Positions 58,642 to 64,000 of a stretch of 64,000 bases of DNA are shown here, piece after piece. This stretch comes from Promethearchaeota archaeon. GTDB lineage: Archaea; Asgardarchaeota; Lokiarchaeia; Sigyniarchaeales; SOKP01. A program made the translations under genes and the position numbers. Every line of letters starts with the position of its first letter. Within the stretch, counting starts at the first letter, position 1. The notes beneath the pieces are model-generated. The model saw only the letters and a list, made by a program, of their open reading frames with translations. It did no database searches and was not told the origin of the DNA. Where the stretch lies: positions 1 to 64,000 of the forward strand of contig JAHLWH010000134.1 of NCBI GenBank assembly GCA_019058015.1. Direction: 5' to 3'.

Positions 58642-60501
58642 GTGAAAAAGTATAATATAATATCTAATAAATTTAAAATAAATAAGCATTTTTTATTATT
58701 TACTTTCTTAATTTCCATCTTAATTTTTTGTTTATTAATTCCATTATTGAAAAATAAAAATAGCAATAATTTTCAAACTCCTAGTACTTTAAAAAATTCC
58801 TCAAATTTTAACACATTTGAAGGTGTTCAAATTACAGAACTCTATAGGAATGTGGAATTAAGTGGAAATGGATTATTAACTGCAGAAGACACATTTACTA
58901 TAAAAAATATCCATAATAACCCAATCTCTTTTATTACAATGGGTATAGATAAATCTTTTATTGAAAATCTCATTTATTATGACGCAAAAGGACCATATTC
59001 AGAATCATTAGATGTTCAATTCTCAGAAACAATGATTGAGACATTTAAAATGGTATATATTTATTTTGATTGTCCATTACTCCCTTCTCAGGAGATCTCA
59101 ATCACTTTTACTCATTCATATAAAGACCTTTATAATTTTTCTGTAATGAGTGTAGGACAAGAGCAAATGCAAACAATTGTGTTTAATTTTTATATATATC
59201 CAATTGTCCCTTATGAGGTTGATTATGTAGGTATATTTTTTTTTCATCCAGAACTCGGAGAAGAAGTATTAACAATTAATGATTCGGGTGAAGAGGGAAA
59301 ATTTGAAGGTGGGTTTTTACAATATTCTAAGGAATTTATGAGGCCTTTCTATTATAAATTGATAATAGGTACCTTTGATTATTCTGAGAACACTAAATTG
59401 CAAATTGATAAAATATTAAGAAAAATTACATTTAACTCACTAGGTTATTTAATTGTGGATGAGACACTCACAATTCACAATACTGGGGCGATTCCAATAT
59501 CAGAATTTTCTGTCAAAATTCCAACTGTTGTATCAGAAGTTGAAGTATTTGATTATCTAGGGCCAATAGAAGGTACTTCACTAGACTCAGAACCTAATCT
59601 TGATGGAACTACCAAAGATTTAACAATTTTATTGACACAAAATAGGGTAACCCTATATGTGGATTCTAAATTCGATTTTTCCATAAGGTATCAATTGCCC
59701 TATGATGAATATCATGTATTTAATTGGCTCTATAATTCTATTTCAATCGATTTATTACTCACAAAATGTGATTATGTTATATATGATCAAGAAATTCAAA
59801 TTATTATTGATGGTTGTGAAAATATTATGTCCATAACTGAACAACCTAATTCAATTAAAACGCTTGGGGATGATCTGGTATTAATTTTTAATGATGATAT
59901 AATTTCACCCCTTGATGAAAAACACATAAACATTATATACACTTTAGATTTTCTTGAAATTTTAATGAGACCATTAATTTTTACAATTCTGTTTATGATC
60001 CTTTTCACGTCTTTTGTAATAATAACAAAAATTAGGAAAGAAGAATTACCAATTGATGCTTATAGAAAAAGAGATATTCCAATAAAGGAATTACGTGAAT
60101 TTTATTCCTTATATGAAGAGAAAAATGCAATTTACCTAGATATTCAGCAAGCAGATGATGATGTGAAAAGAAAGAAACTTACTAGAAAGAAATATCTTAA
60201 TGTGTTAAAGAAATATGAGTTAAGATTAAAATCACTAGAAAACGAACTTGCCCCTCTCAGGAAAAAATTAGAAGAATCAACGAAAATTTTTGAAAATATA
60301 TTTAAAAAACTTGAATTATTTGAAGCTGAAAGATTAAGTTTAAAAGATAATATAAATTTGTTAGAAAACAGATATAAGCGCGGCAGACTACCTTCAAAAA
60401 ATGCTTTTGAGAAATTAATGGGCGATTTTCTTAAACGTCGAGAAAAAGTTCGGAAGGCGATAGACCGGCAAATAAATGAGCTTAAAGCATACCTCTATTA
60501 A
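58642..60501 (+). CDS. Ribophorin I (OST1/RPN1)-like oligosaccharyltransferase accessory subunit
   Basis: N-terminal hydrophobic segment, two beta-sandwich domains (R.V.L...G....D...I.N repeated), RPL-TM, cytosolic helical bundle; divergent from Sec61beta. Confidence 0.8.
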   Translation: MKKYNIISNKFKINKHFLLFTFLISILIFCLLIPLLKNKNSNNFQTPSTLKNSSNFNTFEGVQITELYRNVELSGNGLLTAEDTFTIKNIHNNPISFITMGIDKSFIENLIYYDAKGPYSESLDVQFSETMIETFKMVYIYFDCPLLPSQEISITFTHSYKDLYNFSVMSVGQEQMQTIVFNFYIYPIVPYEVDYVGIFFFHPELGEEVLTINDSGEEGKFEGGFLQYSKEFMRPFYYKLIIGTFDYSENTKLQIDKILRKITFNSLGYLIVDETLTIHNTGAIPISEFSVKIPTVVSEVEVFDYLGPIEGTSLDSEPNLDGTTKDLTILLTQNRVTLYVDSKFDFSIRYQLPYDEYHVFNWLYNSISIDLLLTKCDYVIYDQEIQIIIDGCENIMSITEQPNSIKTLGDDLVLIFNDDIISPLDEKHINIIYTLDFLEILMRPLIFTILFMILFTSFVIITKIRKEELPIDAYRKRDIPIKELREFYSLYEEKNAIYLDIQQADDDVKRKKLTRKKYLNVLKKYELRLKSLENELAPLRKKLEESTKIFENIFKKLELFEAERLSLKDNINLLENRYKRGRLPSKNAFEKLMGDFLKRREKVRKAIDRQINELKAYLY

Positions 60502-60539
60502 AATTATATTCCAAATTGCAAAAAATTTATATGATTTAA

Positions 60540-61190
60540 ATGAAACCTTGGCTTTTTGACATCTTAGCATGCCCAATAGATAAAAATTTTCCTTTAGAAC
60601 TCTTAATACTAAAATGGGAAACCAATATAAATGAATTTGAAGAATTCTTAAAAATTTTTCAAGTTCGAAATGAAAAATCCATTAAAAATGAAGAATTAAT
60701 AAAATGTACTGAACCTGAAAATCGTTTAAAAATTCGGGATGGCATAGCTCTCAAATTTAAAAAACCTTCTGAATACCTAAATACGATAAACTCAAGCATT
60801 CAAGAACTCAAAAATATAATAAATCTTACAAAAGAACCAATAATTAAAAAATGTATTGATATCCTTAAAACAAGCGTAAAGAGAAAAATTGAATCAACTA
60901 TAAACCTTATCTCAAAGGAAGATAAAAAAGAAAAAATAAAGGAAATTATTAATTCTATCCTTCCAGAATTATATCTTATCAATAAATTTAAAATTGATAC
61001 TGAAATAGAAGAAGGTATTTTATTTTGCTCCAAATGTAATAGATGGTATCCTATCGTTCAAACAATACCTCAAATGTTACCAGATAAATATAGGAATGAA
61101 AAAGAAGATATTACTTTTTTAACTAAATGGAAGGAAACTCTTGATACAATTAATTTCTTACAAAGAGATCTGATCCCATTTAAAATCTAA
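60540..61190 (+). CDS. trm112: Trm112-family methyltransferase activator with long helical insertion
   Basis: MKPWL.DILACP.DK.FPL.L ... EIEEG.L.C..C.RWYPI...IP.MLPD. Confidence 0.88.
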   Translation: MKPWLFDILACPIDKNFPLELLILKWETNINEFEEFLKIFQVRNEKSIKNEELIKCTEPENRLKIRDGIALKFKKPSEYLNTINSSIQELKNIINLTKEPIIKKCIDILKTSVKRKIESTINLISKEDKKEKIKEIINSILPELYLINKFKIDTEIEEGILFCSKCNRWYPIVQTIPQMLPDKYRNEKEDITFLTKWKETLDTINFLQRDLIPFKI

Positions 61191-61276
61191 AGAAATAATT
61201 AAAAACTAATCCTTTTAAAATAATTTTAATTATTGTATTATTAAATTAGAATTCATAAAAGGTAAAAGAGAAATAA

Positions 61277-61371
61277 AGCTCCGTCGTCTAGTGGCCAAAT
61301 TTTAAAAAATTAAAGGCTAAGGATTCGGGGCCTTGAACCCCGAAACGCAGGTTCGAATCCTGCCGGAGCTA
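61277..61371 (+). tRNA. tRNA-Gln(UUG) with a 22-nt D-loop intron (61299-61320)
   Basis: Acceptor AGCTCCG/CGGAGCT (A1-U72) plus discriminator A; anticodon stem CGGGG/CCCCG with loop CC-TTG-AA; T arm GCAGG-TTCGAAT-CCTGC. The D arm is restored by removing the insert, giving 73 nt. No encoded CCA. Confidence 0.93.
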
Positions 61372-61435
61372 TTATTAGAGTTGGGCTTTTATGCCAATCC
61401 TTTAAATTCTCAATTAATTTAGGTGAATTATATAA

Positions 61436-62689
61436 GTGCAAAGTTTTTCTGAATATCAATTTGGCGTAGTGGAAATAATTAATTTAGTTATTCTATTCAT
61501 AATTATTTTCATAATAACTTATTTCGTTATTCCATTCGTAATTAAATTCACAAGGTCAAAAGGATGGATTGGAATTGATATTCATAAGGTAGAAAAACCT
61601 GAAGTTGCTGAGTCCGGAGGAATAAGTATAGTAATAGGGTTGTGTTTCGCATTAGTTTTTATGTTAATACTATTTCCTTCACTTACAAATGAACTATTAG
61701 TTATCATATTAACAATTATAATAGCGGGAGTTATTGGACTTATTGATGACAGAAAAAAACTCTCATCAATAAAAAAAATAATTTTAACTATCATAACTGG
61801 TGGACCTATTTTCATTCTGAATTTTATTAACTTTATCGATGTAGATAGCCCCACAATCCCTATTTTAGGAATGTTACGTCTTAATTACATTTATCCATTT
61901 GTATTACCTGTAATTATTGCAGTTACAACAAATACAGTCAATATGCTTGAAGGCTATAACGGAGAAGGTTCAGGAACATGTCTAATAGCTGTAATTTTTA
62001 TGTTTCTTTCGGGTTTAATTTGGAATTCAGCCCAAGCAGTAATATATTCAGTTCCCTTTATTGCAATATTATTAGCTTTTTTCTTATACAATAAATATCC
62101 TGCAAAAGTTTTTCCAGGTGATGTAGGAACTATTACTATTGGAGCAATGATAGGTTGTATAGCAATTTTTGGTTCAATCGAAGTGCCAACGTTTTGTGTT
62201 TTATTAGGACATGTTTTTAACAGTTTTTATGTATTATCTTCTATTAGGCGATTACTCGAAAGTAGCCAGATTCAAATAAAGCAAAGTGATATTATCTTTT
62301 TAGAAAATGGTAAAATTAAAGCTTCAAGGGAGGATGATGCAGCAATGAGTTTACCAAGGTTACTCCTCGCAAAAGGAGAATTGACTGAACCTGAATTAGT
62401 GAAAAATTTTTTTGCTTTATCATTTATTTGTGGTCAATTTGCAATTATTGCTGCTTTATCAATGCAATGGACTCTATATTATGATAATTTGGCATTTTTG
62501 ATTATTTCAGGAATAATTTTTATTTTAATATGTGGGAGTTTTTCATTAATTATTTATTGGAAATTTCCGAGAATTAGAGGGATTTCAATAATAATGGTAA
62601 CGTTATTAACTTGTGGAATTGTTTTTGTATGGTTTATTGATTGGTTTATAGTACAAACACCATTGAATGTGTTGTGGAGTGCAGTTTAA
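61436..62689 (+). CDS. aglH: UDP-GlcNAc:dolichyl-phosphate GlcNAc-1-P transferase (AglH/Alg7/DPAGT1-like); probable 3' frameshift, true end 62790
   Basis: G.DIHK..KP.VAESGG, IGLIDD, N.VNMLEGYNG, YN.YPAKVFPGDVGT; multiple TMs. Confidence 0.88.
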   Translation: MQSFSEYQFGVVEIINLVILFIIIFIITYFVIPFVIKFTRSKGWIGIDIHKVEKPEVAESGGISIVIGLCFALVFMLILFPSLTNELLVIILTIIIAGVIGLIDDRKKLSSIKKIILTIITGGPIFILNFINFIDVDSPTIPILGMLRLNYIYPFVLPVIIAVTTNTVNMLEGYNGEGSGTCLIAVIFMFLSGLIWNSAQAVIYSVPFIAILLAFFLYNKYPAKVFPGDVGTITIGAMIGCIAIFGSIEVPTFCVLLGHVFNSFYVLSSIRRLLESSQIQIKQSDIIFLENGKIKASREDDAAMSLPRLLLAKGELTEPELVKNFFALSFICGQFAIIAALSMQWTLYYDNLAFLIISGIIFILICGSFSLIIYWKFPRIRGISIIMVTLLTCGIVFVWFIDWFIVQTPLNVLWSAV

Positions 62690-62811
62690 CCGCTATTGGC
62701 TTAGGACTATGGTATTATGTAGGTTGCTTCCGTTATTTTTGGAAGCAAATTGATAAAATGAAGAAAAGAGAAGATAAAGAAAATATTTAAGCCAGCTTAA
62801 TTCAAACCAAG

Positions 62812-63975
62812 TCATTTAAGATTTTTATAATTTTTAATTATATCAATTAGCTTTTTAGATAATTTTGCAGAATTGAGTTTTTTTTGAAACAATTCATATC
62901 CATTCAATGCAATTTCATTTCTCAATTTTTCATTTTCATATAATGTGATAATAGCATTTGCTAGGCTATCTGGATCGGCGATTTTACATAAGTAACAATT
63001 CTTTTGATGCGTTAATAGTTCATTTATTGCTTTTGTATTTGCGGTAATTATTGGTTTTCTCATTGCTAATGCAGTATAAACTTTATTTGGAATAACTCTT
63101 CTCGCTTTCAACGTAGAACCAAATATTCCCAATTGAATATCAGACCTTGCAATTGTTTGTGGTATTAGATTAATTGGAATTTGAGGAAAAAAACTAATAT
63201 TTGAAATTCCAAGTTTTTTAACAATTTTTTTCGTTTCAAATATCTCTGGTTTTGTTCCACCGACAATTTCAAATATTATGTCTTTAGTATATTGTTCTAT
63301 TCTTTTAGCTGATTTAATAATATATTCAATCCCATGCAATGGAATGTAATTACCATTAAATCCAATAACAAACTTATCTTTAAATCCTTCATATTTCTGA
63401 GGATAAAACAACACCTCGTTAACTCCTAAAAATATCCTAAAAATTTTTTTTGGATTTAAATGGAAAAATTGACTAAATCGATATTTTTCCATATCTGATT
63501 GTGAAATTATTAAATCTGATAAATGAAAAGCAATCCATTCAATTAAGTAATAAAATTTTGCTAAAAACGATTTCTTTTTCAATTTTCGATAATCCATTGT
63601 AACAGAATCAATTAAAGAAGTGTATGGATTAAAAATAATTGGGATTTTTCTATTAAATATTTTCCATGATAAAATTCTTAAAAAATATGCTAAGTATAAT
63701 GATTCGTGACCCGGATAACCGATATAAATACAAACTATATCATAATAATTTGATTTAAAATATTTTTTAATTAAATTAATGTTACGATTTATAAAATTCC
63801 TAAAAAATGATAAAGTAAACATATGTTTTTGATTAGTTAAAAAATCTCTTACTAGATTAGGGGTCGAAAAATTTACTGTAATAATCTCTATATCTTTGAT
63901 TTTTTTCAAACCATTTAGAAAAACTCTATTCACATTTCTATTTTCGTCAAATGCTCCAAAAAAACAAATTTTCAT
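62812..63975 (-). CDS. GT4 glycosyltransferase
   Basis: G.YIPLHGIEYI, D..LGIFG...KA.RVIPNKVY.ALAM.KPIIT. Confidence 0.9.
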   Translation of the reverse strand: MKICFFGAFDENRNVNRVFLNGLKKIKDIEIITVNFSTPNLVRDFLTNQKHMFTLSFFRNFINRNINLIKKYFKSNYYDIVCIYIGYPGHESLYLAYFLRILSWKIFNRKIPIIFNPYTSLIDSVTMDYRKLKKKSFLAKFYYLIEWIAFHLSDLIISQSDMEKYRFSQFFHLNPKKIFRIFLGVNEVLFYPQKYEGFKDKFVIGFNGNYIPLHGIEYIIKSAKRIEQYTKDIIFEIVGGTKPEIFETKKIVKKLGISNISFFPQIPINLIPQTIARSDIQLGIFGSTLKARRVIPNKVYTALAMRKPIITANTKAINELLTHQKNCYLCKIADPDSLANAIITLYENEKLRNEIALNGYELFQKKLNSAKLSKKLIDIIKNYKNLK

Positions 63976-64000
63976 ATTACAATTAAAATAGAGTCTTATA

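Noticed and set aside
64-61854. Numerous short ORFs antisense to or overlapping long genes (e.g. 64-345, 13982-14230, 17693-18091, 20172-20645, 33053-33376, 45936-46238, 47424-47810, 61582-61854)
   Set aside because: They are shadow ORFs of well-supported genes and have no recognisable motifs.
1-64000. CRISPR array, rRNA genes, selenoprotein UGA/SECIS
   Set aside because: I saw no regularly spaced repeats, no long GC-rich structural RNA, and no in-frame TGA at a catalytic Cys position in Hdr, thioredoxin or Hyp proteins.

Overview
AT-rich archaeal chromosomal segment, most likely from an Asgard archaeon (Lokiarchaeia-like). The taxonomy is inferred from a roadblock/LC7 protein, V4R/Bet3-like and longin-like proteins, Sec61beta, ribophorin I, a long Trm112, type II MetAP and an A1-U72 tRNA-Gln. 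From left to right the window holds: a 12-kb MoxR/DUF58/DUF4350/DUF4129 surface operon headed by a giant pseudo-transglutaminase with Ig-like repeats; an F420 (cofD, nitroreductase, cofE) plus lipoate (lipS1, ligase, lipS2) run; a bacterial-core LeuRS with an archaeal-type C-terminus; two longin-like genes; nagB and glmS; a HerA-like ATPase; bacterial-type tpiA; a variable region in which the 3' end of an LMW-PTP gene occurs three times with cargo genes in between; hdrBC; hypF/E/D; fdhD; a V4R gene pair; map; and a translocon/N-glycosylation cluster with a tRNA-Gln(UUG) that carries a D-loop intron. I saw no CRISPR array, rRNA, integrase or transposase. All calls come from reading motifs by eye; no database search was run.
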